Source: an uncultured Fibrobacterota bacterium
Lineage (GTDB): Bacteria; Fibrobacterota; Chitinivibrionia; Chitinivibrionales; FEN-1185
Direction of reading: 5' to 3'
NCBI GenBank assembly: GCA_963729895.1
Contig: CAVSQB010000005.1
Location: 256,001 to 320,000, forward strand
DNA length: 64,000 nucleotides
Shown piece by piece: positions 1 to 9,782 of the stretch. The notes below the pieces were generated by a model. The model did no database searches. It saw nothing but the letters and a program-made list of their open reading frames with translations, and was not told where the DNA came from. Each line of letters starts with the position of its first letter. Positions within the stretch are counted from its first letter, which is position 1. A program made the translations under genes and the position numbers.

Positions 1-27
1 AAACGCATGGTTTAAGGAGAAAACGAC

Positions 28-3000
28 ATGACCAAATTTGCTTTGAAGAACCCGGTGTCTGTGATCGTTCTGGCCGTGCTCCTTTTCATCACCGGTCTGA
101 TGAGCTTCACAAGCATGCGCCGGGAGTCTTTCCCCGAAATCAAGATTCCGTATATCTACGTGACCACCGTGTACGCCGGCGCAAACCCGCCCGAGGTGGA
201 AAACCTCATCACACAGAAGATCGAAGACAAACTCGACGGGGTCGACGGGGTCAAGGAGATGACGAGCTCGAGCAACGAGGGCTTTTCCAACATCTTCCTG
301 GAATTCGAGCCCACGGTCAAGGTGGAGGATGCGCTACGACGCGTCAAGGACAAGGTCGATCAGGCCAAAGGAGATCTGCCCATCGACGCCGAAGAACCCA
401 TTACCCAGGAATTGAATATCAGTTCTATTCCGGTCGTCAACATCGCGCTGTATTCCGACTACGATCTGGAACGCCTCGAATCGCTCGCCGACAACCTCAA
501 GGACCGCATGGCGAGGATCCCAGGCGTTTTGGAGGCCAAGGTCCAAGGCAAGCGGGACAAGGAAATCGCCGTCGACGTCGATCCGGCGCTTCTGGAGCAG
601 TACGGATTGACTTTATCGGACATTTCCAAGGCTATATCCACCCAACACGTAAACGTGCCGGGTGGCACCATGATCGCGTCCGGGTTCCGCTTTTCCATAC
701 GGGTCACGGGCGAACTCACCGACCCCTCGCAGTTTAACGACCTGATTGTGCGCTCGGTGAACAACAAGATGATCCGGGTCAAAGACGTGGCGCATGTCGC
801 GTTCACCTACACACGAGACCGGCAGTCCATCTCGCGCACAAACGGCAAGCCATCGCTCACCTTGACTGTAGCGAAGAGAACGGGCGAGGACATCGTGCGG
901 ATCGTGGACGAGGCGAAAGCCATTCTTGACGAAGACAAGACGCACTGGCCGGCTGGAACCCATTACGAAATCACCTACGACATGTCGAAGGACATCCGCC
1001 AGATGGTGGACGAGCTGCAGAACCACCTGCTCATGGGCATCATTCTCGTGCTGCTGGTGCTCAGTTTTTTCCTTGGCGTGCGCAATTCGCTCTTCATCTC
1101 CACGGCCATCCCGTTTTCCATGGCAATGGGTTTCATTGCCCTGAGCTACATGGGCGTCACGCTCAACATGGTCGTATTGTTCTCGCTTGTCATGGTCCTG
1201 GGCATGCTGGTTGACGACGGCATCGTGGTTGTGGAAAACATCTATCGGCATCTGGGCATGGGAAAAAGCCGTTTTCAGGCCGCGCTCGACGGCACCAGAG
1301 AAGTAATGGTGCCGGTGTTCACGGCCACGCTCACCACGGTGGCGGCATTCACGCCGGTGCTGTTCATGCCGGGCATCATGGGTGAATTCATGAAATATCT
1401 GCCGATCACCGTCAGTATCACCTTATCCGGCTCCCTATTTGTCGCGTTTGTTTTTAACCCGGTGTTCGCTTCTCTCACCATGACCAACCGGGATGCACAC
1501 AAGCTGGAAGGCGGTGAAAAAACCGGGTTCGAGCGGTTCAAGGACCTGTACCGAAACCTTTTGCACCGCGTCCTGAACCACCCGTGGTTGCTTGCGATCT
1601 TATGTCTCCTGTTTGTGATCTCAGGAATTTTCATGTACGGGAAATTTGGACCCGGCGTGGTGTTTTTCCCGGTGATCGAGCCGGATGTCGCGTCGGTCCA
1701 GATCGAGGGTCCCATATCGCAGGACATTGCGATCACCGACTCCGTCATCAGGACTCCCGAGCGCATCGCCATGACCATGCCCGGCAGCTTCGCTTCCGTC
1801 AAGACCATCAGCACCATCGTCGGCTCTGGCAAGTCATCCCGGATGACGAGCAGCCAAGTCGAAAGCAACAAAGGGTACATCGACATCGTGTTCAAAGATT
1901 TCGAGGAACGGATGGTGTCGTCGTACAAAACCATGACGTGGCTGGAAGACACGCTTCCCCAGCTTGTGCCCGGCTGGAAACTGCAGGTCATCAAACAGGC
2001 AATGGGCCCTCCGACCGGAAAACCCGTGGAACTTGAGGTGAGCGGCGACGATTATAATCAACTGAGCCAGCTCGCCGACACGTTGCTGAATCTGGTACGA
2101 GAGGTTCCCGGTTTGACAAACGTCATAACCGATTACGACCCGGCGCGGCCGGAGATACGCGTTAACGTCGACCGGGAACAGGCCAAACTGCTGGGATTCT
2201 CCACGCTCGACGTCGCCTCGGCCGTGCGCGGCGCGATTTACGGAAACGAAGCGGGGAAGTACCGGGTGGGCAAGGATGAATACAAGATTATGGTGCGGCT
2301 CGCACCGGAAATCCGGGAAGACCTCAACGGCCTTAATGAGATCGTCATTTCCAAGGACAACAAAGAGGCGCCGCTGACGAGCGTGGCCACCATCACCCAG
2401 GGTGCCAATATTCTGTCCATCAAGCACGTTGACGGCAAACGCACGGTGCTGGTCACGGCGGAACTTGCGCCGGGCCAGAAAGACGAGCAGGGACCCAAAA
2501 GACTGGCAATGGCAGCGGTCAGAAAAGTGAGGCCGCCGCTCGGGTACACCGTCCGGCCGGGAAGCGGCAACCGCATGCAGGCGGAATCGCAGGCCTTTCT
2601 TGTCAAAGCATTTTTAGTGGCAATGGGTCTTGTGTTTCTCACCATGGTGTTCCAGTTCAATTCGCTGTTTCAGCCGTTTCTGATTCTTTTCGGAATATTG
2701 CTTTCTCTGGGCGGCGTCTTCTGGGGGCTCCTGATCACTAACAAGATTAGCGCGTTTGTCAATCTATTGACGGGAGGCAGGGCGGATCTGCGCGACGTGA
2801 CGTTCGCCATCCTCATGAGCGGCGTTGGCATCATCGCACTTGCGGGCGTGGTTGCGAAAAACGGCATCGTGCTTATTGACTTCATGAACAGGCTCAGGAA
2901 GAGCGGTCGCCCGCTCCGTGAGGCGGTTATCGAGGGAGGGGCCACGCGTTTGCGCCCTGTCCTTCTCACGGCAATCACAGCCATGATCGGGCTGCTGCCG

Positions 3001-3213
3001 ATCGCGACGGGCGTGGGGCTCGATTTTATCCACCTTGGAGTCGTGACGCGCTCCGAAACCACCCAATGGTGGGCGCCAATGGCATGGGCTATCTTCTGGG
3101 GTCTGCTCTTTAACACCCTTCTGGTGCTGATAGTGACCCCCACATTCTACTATGCATGGGAACATTGGCGGGCAAAATCGCGTGCGAGGAAGAACCCGTC
3201 TCCAAGCGCGTGA
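28..3213 (+). CDS. RND family efflux transporter permease (AcrB/AcrD/AcrF family)
   Basis: 1061 aa; GMLVDDGIVVVENI (TM4), GVVAKNGIVLIDF and RLRPVLLTAITA motifs; RBS aaggag upstream. Confidence 0.95.
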   Translation: MTKFALKNPVSVIVLAVLLFITGLMSFTSMRRESFPEIKIPYIYVTTVYAGANPPEVENLITQKIEDKLDGVDGVKEMTSSSNEGFSNIFLEFEPTVKVEDALRRVKDKVDQAKGDLPIDAEEPITQELNISSIPVVNIALYSDYDLERLESLADNLKDRMARIPGVLEAKVQGKRDKEIAVDVDPALLEQYGLTLSDISKAISTQHVNVPGGTMIASGFRFSIRVTGELTDPSQFNDLIVRSVNNKMIRVKDVAHVAFTYTRDRQSISRTNGKPSLTLTVAKRTGEDIVRIVDEAKAILDEDKTHWPAGTHYEITYDMSKDIRQMVDELQNHLLMGIILVLLVLSFFLGVRNSLFISTAIPFSMAMGFIALSYMGVTLNMVVLFSLVMVLGMLVDDGIVVVENIYRHLGMGKSRFQAALDGTREVMVPVFTATLTTVAAFTPVLFMPGIMGEFMKYLPITVSITLSGSLFVAFVFNPVFASLTMTNRDAHKLEGGEKTGFERFKDLYRNLLHRVLNHPWLLAILCLLFVISGIFMYGKFGPGVVFFPVIEPDVASVQIEGPISQDIAITDSVIRTPERIAMTMPGSFASVKTISTIVGSGKSSRMTSSQVESNKGYIDIVFKDFEERMVSSYKTMTWLEDTLPQLVPGWKLQVIKQAMGPPTGKPVELEVSGDDYNQLSQLADTLLNLVREVPGLTNVITDYDPARPEIRVNVDREQAKLLGFSTLDVASAVRGAIYGNEAGKYRVGKDEYKIMVRLAPEIREDLNGLNEIVISKDNKEAPLTSVATITQGANILSIKHVDGKRTVLVTAELAPGQKDEQGPKRLAMAAVRKVRPPLGYTVRPGSGNRMQAESQAFLVKAFLVAMGLVFLTMVFQFNSLFQPFLILFGILLSLGGVFWGLLITNKISAFVNLLTGGRADLRDVTFAILMSGVGIIALAGVVAKNGIVLIDFMNRLRKSGRPLREAVIEGGATRLRPVLLTAITAMIGLLPIATGVGLDFIHLGVVTRSETTQWWAPMAWAIFWGLLFNTLLVLIVTPTFYYAWEHWRAKSRARKNPSPSA

Positions 3214-3398
3214 TTTTTTTGCCGCCAGGTTTTCGGGCGCGACACGCGTAGGCTTGCTTGCAGATTACCAAAGCTGCTTAGCTTGCCGTGATTTAACGTC
3301 CGTTCTGTGCCGTCCAACCGATTGAAAAAGCTTCAGGGACGATGTATTTTGGTTCGGGAAAACTGCCGGGAAACATCTGAACGGAAGGGTGTTTGCGT

Positions 3399-3629
3399 AT
3401 GCGTACGGTACGTGCCGGTATTGTCGTAGCCGCCGCACTTGTATTTGCAAACTGCGTTGCCACTGTTCCGCCTCCGCCTCCTCCGGTGGTGGTGGTGCCT
3501 CCACGGCCAAGCGATGCTGCCGTATGGGTTCCGGGCCACTACAAGTGGAAACCGTGGATGCGCAGGTACGAATGGATCCCGGGGCACTGGAAAATGAGAA
3601 GGGGTCGGGTCTGGATAGTCGTTCCATAA
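3399..3629 (+). CDS. Small proline-rich lipoprotein with YXWGXW-type (WxPGH) repeats
   Basis: Signal peptide ending FANC, poly-Pro, WVPGHYKW and WIPGHW repeats; ATG 3399 chosen over TTG 3393. Confidence 0.7.
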   Translation: MRTVRAGIVVAAALVFANCVATVPPPPPPVVVVPPRPSDAAVWVPGHYKWKPWMRRYEWIPGHWKMRRGRVWIVVP

Positions 3630-3746
3630 TCCGATTGGAATTTGCACGCGGCTCCCACATTGTCAGTCTTGTCCGTCAACGCCTTCAGGGCATCTGACTA
3701 ATGGGGCAAAACGGATCTATCGTGAAGGTGAACAAAGGGTCGTCTG

Positions 3747-5180
3747 ATGGCCAAAGTTCTCTTTGTTGAGCCGCCGCCGACGCTCGGCTGGACAGTGGGA
3801 TCCAGGGTGTCCAAGGCCGGCAGGCGCCACCCATGCCTCAATGAAACTGGCGAGCAGGTTTACAGTTACCAGAATCTCTCCTGTGCGGCCGTGCTCAGAA
3901 ATGCCGGTCATGCCGTCGAATATCTCCACTGCCCCACGCAGCGGCTCGACCTCTCCGCAACAAAACAGGAAATTACAAAGAGACGGCCCGATATGGTCGT
4001 CATTATGGTGGAGCACATCAATGCGTCGGTGGCATGGGAGATAAGCCGGCACGCCAAGGACGCTGCCGTGGCCGTGGTCTGGGTCGGGCCGTTTGCCACC
4101 GCACTTCACCAAAACGAAATAAAACGCGCCTGCGCCGATTATATCCTGCGCAAAGAGTGGGACTATTCCGTTGGACGGCTTCTTGATGCGCTTGGGAGCG
4201 GGAAGGACCTTGCCGGAGTCGGGGGACTCACCTGGAAAGACAGGTCCGGCGCTGTGCGCGTGAACGAGGATGACGACCCAATAGCGGACATGGACGCCCT
4301 TCCCATTCCGGCGTACGATCTTCTCGACCTGAGCAAATTTTATGAAAGCGTGTTCGTTGCGTTTCCGGCCGCCACCATGATCACCTCCCGCGGCTGTCCG
4401 TTCAACTGCATCTTCTGCTCCTACCCCCAGACCATTTACGGGCACGCATACCGGGCGATGTCGCCCGGCAGGGTGGTGCGCGAAATTGAATACCTTGTCC
4501 ACGAATTGGGCGTCAGGGAAATCCGCATCGACGACGACACGTTCAACATCGACAGCCGGCGGGTCATTGACATTTGCAAACTCCTGGTGGAACGCTGCGT
4601 GCCGGTGCTGTATTCGGTGCAGGCCCGTGCCCAGCTCATGACCGACGAAATGGCCCACTGGCTCAAGAAGTCGGGTTGCCGCATGGTCCTGTACGGCGTG
4701 GAATCGGGCAACGAGGAAGTGCTTGCTCACATGCGCAAGAAGACCACCAAAGACGAGATCCGGCGCGGCGTGGCTATCGCCAAGAAGCACGGCATCGACG
4801 TGCTCAATTGCATTATGCTCGGGTTCTATTGGGACACCAAAGAAACCATGGAAGAATCCGTGAGGTTCGCGTTCGAGCTGAACGCGGAATTTACGCAGGT
4901 GTCCGCGCCAACGCCCTTGCCCGGCACCGATTATTACAGGTTGCTCAAGGACAATAATTGTCTGGTGACGGAAGAATGGGACAAGCACGACAGCGTGCAC
5001 CATTCGGCGGTGGAACTGCCTCATCTGTCAAACGATGTTATCAACCGTTACCTGTCCGCGTTCTACCGCCGGTATTACCGGAGGCCCGAATATCTCCTGA
5101 TGATGCTTGTGCGTTCCTTCCGGTCGTGGGGCAACTTCACGCAGAGCCTGCGCAAATGCAGTGTACTCTTCACAAAGTAG
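3747..5180 (+). CDS. B12-binding domain radical SAM protein
   Basis: TSRGCPFNCIFC (CxxxCxxC), N-terminal cobalamin-binding-like region (VWVGPFAT), YGVESGN, TPLPGT. Confidence 0.9.
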   Translation: MAKVLFVEPPPTLGWTVGSRVSKAGRRHPCLNETGEQVYSYQNLSCAAVLRNAGHAVEYLHCPTQRLDLSATKQEITKRRPDMVVIMVEHINASVAWEISRHAKDAAVAVVWVGPFATALHQNEIKRACADYILRKEWDYSVGRLLDALGSGKDLAGVGGLTWKDRSGAVRVNEDDDPIADMDALPIPAYDLLDLSKFYESVFVAFPAATMITSRGCPFNCIFCSYPQTIYGHAYRAMSPGRVVREIEYLVHELGVREIRIDDDTFNIDSRRVIDICKLLVERCVPVLYSVQARAQLMTDEMAHWLKKSGCRMVLYGVESGNEEVLAHMRKKTTKDEIRRGVAIAKKHGIDVLNCIMLGFYWDTKETMEESVRFAFELNAEFTQVSAPTPLPGTDYYRLLKDNNCLVTEEWDKHDSVHHSAVELPHLSNDVINRYLSAFYRRYYRRPEYLLMMLVRSFRSWGNFTQSLRKCSVLFTK

Positions 5181-5235
5181 ACGTCCCGCGACTTCCTGGT
5201 TTCGGCGTGTGTGGCCCGACGAGCGTGTTGGTTGT

Positions 5236-5264
5236 TTGACACATCGAGCCGCGTAGAGTATAAT
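5236..5264 (+). promoter_or_regulatory. Consensus sigma70 promoter upstream of the Ser/Thr kinase
   Basis: TTGACA (5236-5241), 17 bp spacer, TATAAT (5259-5264). Confidence 0.8.
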
Positions 5265-5330
5265 CACAGAGCGCGCCCGACCTCACACGGACCGCTCGCA
5301 AAGAATTCAAAGCCCGGGACAGCCTGACTC

Positions 5331-7286
5331 ATGCCGTTTACGCTCAAAGACTATTCCGACATCAAGGAGCTCGCCAAGGGCGGCATGAGCAGGATTTACC
5401 TTGCCACGCAGATCTCACTCAACCGTAAAGTTGTCATAAAGGAAATGGCCGCCGGTCTCGTTACCACGAAAAACGAAATCAAACGGTTCGAAAACGAGGC
5501 GCAGGCGGGCGCATCGCTCTCCCACGACAATATCATCAGAATCTACGATTTCGGCGAAGAGAAGGGGTCGTTCTACATCGCAATGGAGTTTGTTGACGGA
5601 TTGGACCTCGATCAGCTGCTGAAACAGGAGGACTTTCCCAGGGAAATCGGGATGATGATTCTGCAGCAGGCGCTGAAAGGCCTGGCCTATGCCCACGAAC
5701 ACGCCGTTGTTCACCGCGATGTAAAGGCGGCCAATATCCTGGTGGCTCGCAGCGGCGCCGTAAAGGTGGTTGATTTCGGACTTGCCTACGCGGGCGCGCG
5801 ATCGGCTCAGCTGACGTCCACGGGGGCAATTGTCGGAACGCCGGTGTACATGTCACCCGAACTTGTGAACGGCGAAGAAACCAAAGACGCCTGCATGGAT
5901 ATCTGGGCCGCCGGCGTGCTGCTCTATCGGCTGGTTACCGGGGAGTTTCCATTTACAGGAGAGAATGTCCCCTCCACGCTTATCACCATCGTCCAGAACA
6001 AGGAAAAACCCGCGGAAGAACTCGACAAGACGTTGCCGCACTTTCTTGCCGAGCAACTTCACGCCTGTCTGGAAAAAGACCATGCCAAACGGCTTCCCGC
6101 CTTCATGCCGCTGATCCAAGCGCTGCAGGATTATTTTTTCGAACTTGGCGTCCGCGATCCGATTGACATGATAAAGAAATACCTCTCCGACAAGGGCTCG
6201 GCGATGGATGAGCTGCAATCGCTCCTTGTCCGGTATCACCGGAGCAAGGGGGACGAATTCTCCAGGGCTGGGAAATATGCTACGGCGCTTGCACACTATA
6301 AGGAGGCCCGAAAGCGCGATCCGAAAAGCGCGGAGCTTGCCCGGCTCGTCCGGTCTTTGGAAGAGCATTTTGCCGACACGTTGACCACCAGGACCGCAAA
6401 GGTTGGGGAATACGTGATGACCGAGGTTCGCGCGAGGAAAAGGGGTGGAAAGCGGCGACGATTTGTTGCCTGGAGCGTGGCGGTTTGTACGACGATGGTG
6501 GCTGCGGGCCTGGCAGCTATTTACTTATGGCAACCAGGACCCGTGGAGAAAGCGTTCGAACGGATCATCGCGCCCGCGGTGGGCCGTGTTGCAGACGCTA
6601 TCCGCGAAAAGCTTGACTCGCGCGTATCGCCGGCGCCTGCGGCTCACGGTGCTGTTCGGGACCCCGACACTGGAGCGGACAAAATGCGGGCGCGCTTGCA
6701 GGCCGGCAACGTCTCTTTGACGGACAACGGTACCGCTCAGCCCAGTCCGGAGACGTCTTCGGATTCCGGTGTGCGGGTTCGCGCGCTGCCCGTAAAGGAC
6801 AGCACAGGGCTACGGGCGAAGGCGGCTGTAGAACCCCAAGGTCTTGTGCGGGTGCTGGTGAATCCGGTTTACGCAGAGGTAAAAATAGACAATGGGGAAA
6901 CCATGACGCTCGATCAGAGAAGCGATGGCGAATTGTTTGGAACGGGCGTGCATCAGTTCACCGCGTCTGCCGAGGGATTTGCGTCCATTACCGACACCGT
7001 TACGGTAGCCGGCAACGACACGCATTTCGTGATGCTCAACCTTATGCCGGGGGAACGGAAATCCGGCGAGCTTGTGATATATTCCGATATGACATCCGAG
7101 ATGTACGTTGACGGAGAATTTAAGGGAAACACGCCCACCACGGCGCCCCTTGTCCTGCGCGAGGGACAGCACACCGTTGTATTCAAGCGTCCCGGATACA
7201 AGCCTTACGAAAAGTCAATTTATATAAAGTCCGGTGAAACGAGCGAGATAAAGGTGGAATCCGGAGCAAAGAAACCCGGGGAATGA
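5331..7286 (+). CDS. Hanks-type Ser/Thr protein kinase with TM helix and C-terminal PEGA domain(s)
   Basis: VVIKE, HRDVKAAN, DFG, GTPVYMSPE, DIWAAG; TM at ~aa 378-400; YVDGEFKGNTP...GQHTVVFKRPGY is PEGA-like. Confidence 0.92.
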   Translation: MPFTLKDYSDIKELAKGGMSRIYLATQISLNRKVVIKEMAAGLVTTKNEIKRFENEAQAGASLSHDNIIRIYDFGEEKGSFYIAMEFVDGLDLDQLLKQEDFPREIGMMILQQALKGLAYAHEHAVVHRDVKAANILVARSGAVKVVDFGLAYAGARSAQLTSTGAIVGTPVYMSPELVNGEETKDACMDIWAAGVLLYRLVTGEFPFTGENVPSTLITIVQNKEKPAEELDKTLPHFLAEQLHACLEKDHAKRLPAFMPLIQALQDYFFELGVRDPIDMIKKYLSDKGSAMDELQSLLVRYHRSKGDEFSRAGKYATALAHYKEARKRDPKSAELARLVRSLEEHFADTLTTRTAKVGEYVMTEVRARKRGGKRRRFVAWSVAVCTTMVAAGLAAIYLWQPGPVEKAFERIIAPAVGRVADAIREKLDSRVSPAPAAHGAVRDPDTGADKMRARLQAGNVSLTDNGTAQPSPETSSDSGVRVRALPVKDSTGLRAKAAVEPQGLVRVLVNPVYAEVKIDNGETMTLDQRSDGELFGTGVHQFTASAEGFASITDTVTVAGNDTHFVMLNLMPGERKSGELVIYSDMTSEMYVDGEFKGNTPTTAPLVLREGQHTVVFKRPGYKPYEKSIYIKSGETSEIKVESGAKKPGE

Positions 7287-7313
7287 TTTCGGGAACGCGC
7301 CCGATGTCACCCG

Positions 7314-8630
7314 CTAAACCTTCCTGATCGGTACCCAGAACAGAAGCATCATTGAGGGGAGCGAAGCGCAGAACGAAATGATGAACATGTTCAGGTAACC
7401 CATATGTTCCACGATAACGCCTCCGAACCCGCCGAAAAACGTTGAAAAAAGAGACATGATGGCTGAGCCGATCGCATAATGTGATGCCTTGAATTCCGGT
7501 TTGCATGTGCGCAGAATGAAAACGATAAGCACCGCGTTGCCCAGACCGCCTGCAATCTGTTCATAGCAATGCACTGCGGCGATGACTGCCAGCCCCGAAA
7601 CCGTGGACGCAGAAGGTTTTTGATAGGCCAGCCATATATAGGCCCATATGTTGAAATTCATAAGGATCGTAAGCGGCCAGATCGATTTTTTAAGCCCTGC
7701 CTTCTTGATCCAGATACCGCCGATGGAAGTCCCGGCAATCGCGCCAAAAGCGCCGAGGAGGCCGGAAAGCCAGGAAAGCTGCCCCTTGGTAACACCGAGT
7801 TCGCGCATGAGAAAAGGCGTTCCCATTGAAAAAAGTATTTCATCTCCCACCTTGTAGAAGATAATGAAGATGATCACCAGAATGAACCTGTCCTGCCTGC
7901 TGTAGGTGAGGAACGCATTATAGAACTGTTTAACAACGGTAGACAGGTTAATCCCTATATAAGGTTTCTTTGATTCGAACTGGGGCAATTTCCACAGGTG
8001 AAACAGGGTGCATGCAAGCATCACAAGCGATGCGCAGCCAAATGCCAAGCCCCATGGCGCATATTTATCGCCTGCGCACATTTTTGAAGCAGCGAATCCG
8101 GCAGCCACAGCCACCAGCGCGCTTCTGGCCAGTATCAGGGCCAGCCGGTAAGCGAAGACCCGGTAGCCGGTGTAGGCCGCCTGTTCCGCCGGATCGGTGA
8201 GACCCTCCATGTAAAAACCGTCGATTGAAATGTCGTTGGTCGCGGAAAGGAATGCCAGAATCACAAAAGAAATCACGATGAACGTCATGTACCCGCCGGA
8301 ACCTGCCTGAAGCGGAAGGAAATTGGTGAGTGCGATCATTGCAGTGAACAGCGAAATAAGTGCTTGCAAGATGATCATCCACGAGCGTTTTCTTCCCAGG
8401 ATGTCGACAAACGGAGCCCAGAGAAACTTGAGGTTCCATGGAATCCCCAAAAAATTGAGGTAACCGATATATCGTTCCTTCATGCCGATGTCGGTGAAGA
8501 AAACGGACGACATAAGACGGATGATGCCGTAAGGAAGGCCTTCGGCGAAATACGTGGTAAAGCACCAGACCGATGGTTCTTTGAGAGGGGATTCTTTCAT
8601 ATTGTTGGAAATAAAAATAGGGTTCGCCAC
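7314..8630 (-). CDS. AmpG-like MFS transporter
   Basis: YFAEGLPY, PWNLKFLWAPFVD, SATNDISIDG motifs; ~12 TMs; start may be ATG at 8600. Confidence 0.85.
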   Translation of the reverse strand: MANPIFISNNMKESPLKEPSVWCFTTYFAEGLPYGIIRLMSSVFFTDIGMKERYIGYLNFLGIPWNLKFLWAPFVDILGRKRSWMIILQALISLFTAMIALTNFLPLQAGSGGYMTFIVISFVILAFLSATNDISIDGFYMEGLTDPAEQAAYTGYRVFAYRLALILARSALVAVAAGFAASKMCAGDKYAPWGLAFGCASLVMLACTLFHLWKLPQFESKKPYIGINLSTVVKQFYNAFLTYSRQDRFILVIIFIIFYKVGDEILFSMGTPFLMRELGVTKGQLSWLSGLLGAFGAIAGTSIGGIWIKKAGLKKSIWPLTILMNFNIWAYIWLAYQKPSASTVSGLAVIAAVHCYEQIAGGLGNAVLIVFILRTCKPEFKASHYAIGSAIMSLFSTFFGGFGGVIVEHMGYLNMFIISFCASLPSMMLLFWVPIRKV

Positions 8631-8666
8631 GGCGAACCCCTACAAAATCAATCGTAAAGGCAAACG

Positions 8667-9707
8667 TTATTTCGCGATGTAAATGTCCGGCCACCTGTCG
8701 TTTGCCGTATGGAAGGTGAGACGCACCGCGTCCTTCTGCGGTGTTCCGATGTTCCACACATACACTTCGTAGTCGTAAATATCGTGTTCCTGGCCATAGA
8801 TGGTTGCGCACCAGACCATCCACCGGCCGTCCGGGCTGATCTGCGGGAAATACTCGTGCGAGCGCCGGCCAGGCAGGTCCATGAACCTGAATTTCTTGTC
8901 GACCGACAGACCGCCGGGAACGGCGAGCGGTTTTCCGTTGTCGTCAAGATCGATTTTGAGCTCCTCGGTGCTGCCGTTGCCTTGGCCCTCGTTCATGCGT
9001 ACGACCGACTTGTTGTTCGGGAACCAGGAAATCTCGCAACCCGCGCCCGTGGTGTACCACTCCTTTTTGTCAAAGTTCCAGATGCCGGTTTGACGCGTGG
9101 TGCCGCGAAGCGTTATGGCAAGGAACCTTCCGTTAGGCGACAGCTCGGGTTGCTGCGCCCACGTGCTCTTCTTGAATTGCTTCTCCGCATCGAATAGTTC
9201 CTTTTCCTCGCCGGTTGCAAGGCACTTGATAAACACCTTTGACGCGCGGGCAAACACGATGGAATCGCCGGTCGCCCGCCACGTTCCCCATGCCGCGCTT
9301 TCCGCCGCCTTCTTCTCGCCGGTGCCGTCGGGCTTCACCGTCCACAGGTCCCATTTGTCATTCATCTCCGCGTCGTTCTCCGCTACCCACCCCGCTTTGC
9401 TGCGGCAGAAGAGGATGGTTGCACCGTCGGGGGAGAAACGGGGAAACCAGTCCACGTTGTCCGGAGTATTGGTGACCGGTTTCTGGTCCGTGCCGTCTGC
9501 GTTCATGATCCAGATATCGTGCTTCGAATGGACGCGCGACGTTGACCACACTATTTTTCCGTTTATCTTTCCCTTAAGCCCGTCGAGCGCTTTCTGCTCG
9601 TCTTTGGTGGGGGTTACGGGAGCTCCGGTCGGGGCTTCCTGGGCCCGTAAAAGAAAAGCAAGAGAAATAACGGCACATCCGACAATCCAAAGCACTCGCT
9701 TGTTCAT
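8667..9707 (-). CDS. Secreted TolB-like (PD40) beta-propeller protein
   Basis: Signal peptide; PRFSPDG, PELSPNG, PQISPDG repeats; IWIMNADGT. Confidence 0.85.
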   Translation of the reverse strand: MNKRVLWIVGCAVISLAFLLRAQEAPTGAPVTPTKDEQKALDGLKGKINGKIVWSTSRVHSKHDIWIMNADGTDQKPVTNTPDNVDWFPRFSPDGATILFCRSKAGWVAENDAEMNDKWDLWTVKPDGTGEKKAAESAAWGTWRATGDSIVFARASKVFIKCLATGEEKELFDAEKQFKKSTWAQQPELSPNGRFLAITLRGTTRQTGIWNFDKKEWYTTGAGCEISWFPNNKSVVRMNEGQGNGSTEELKIDLDDNGKPLAVPGGLSVDKKFRFMDLPGRRSHEYFPQISPDGRWMVWCATIYGQEHDIYDYEVYVWNIGTPQKDAVRLTFHTANDRWPDIYIAK

Positions 9708-9747
9708 GAGCCTCTCCTCCGCGGTTAAGGGTTGTAATCTTCAATCG

Positions 9748-9782
9748 GCAACTGTCAACCTTCAACTTTGAACTTTCAACTT
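9748..9782. repeat. Degenerate 7-bp tandem repeat (TCAACTT-like, 5 units)
   Basis: gcaactg tcaacct tcaactt tgaactt tcaactt in the intergenic gap. Confidence 0.55.

Noticed and set aside
3717..5024. 435-aa minus-strand ORF (similarly 9800-11293, 37580-38581, 61871-62830)
   Set aside because: Antisense to well-supported genes; typical high-GC shadow ORFs
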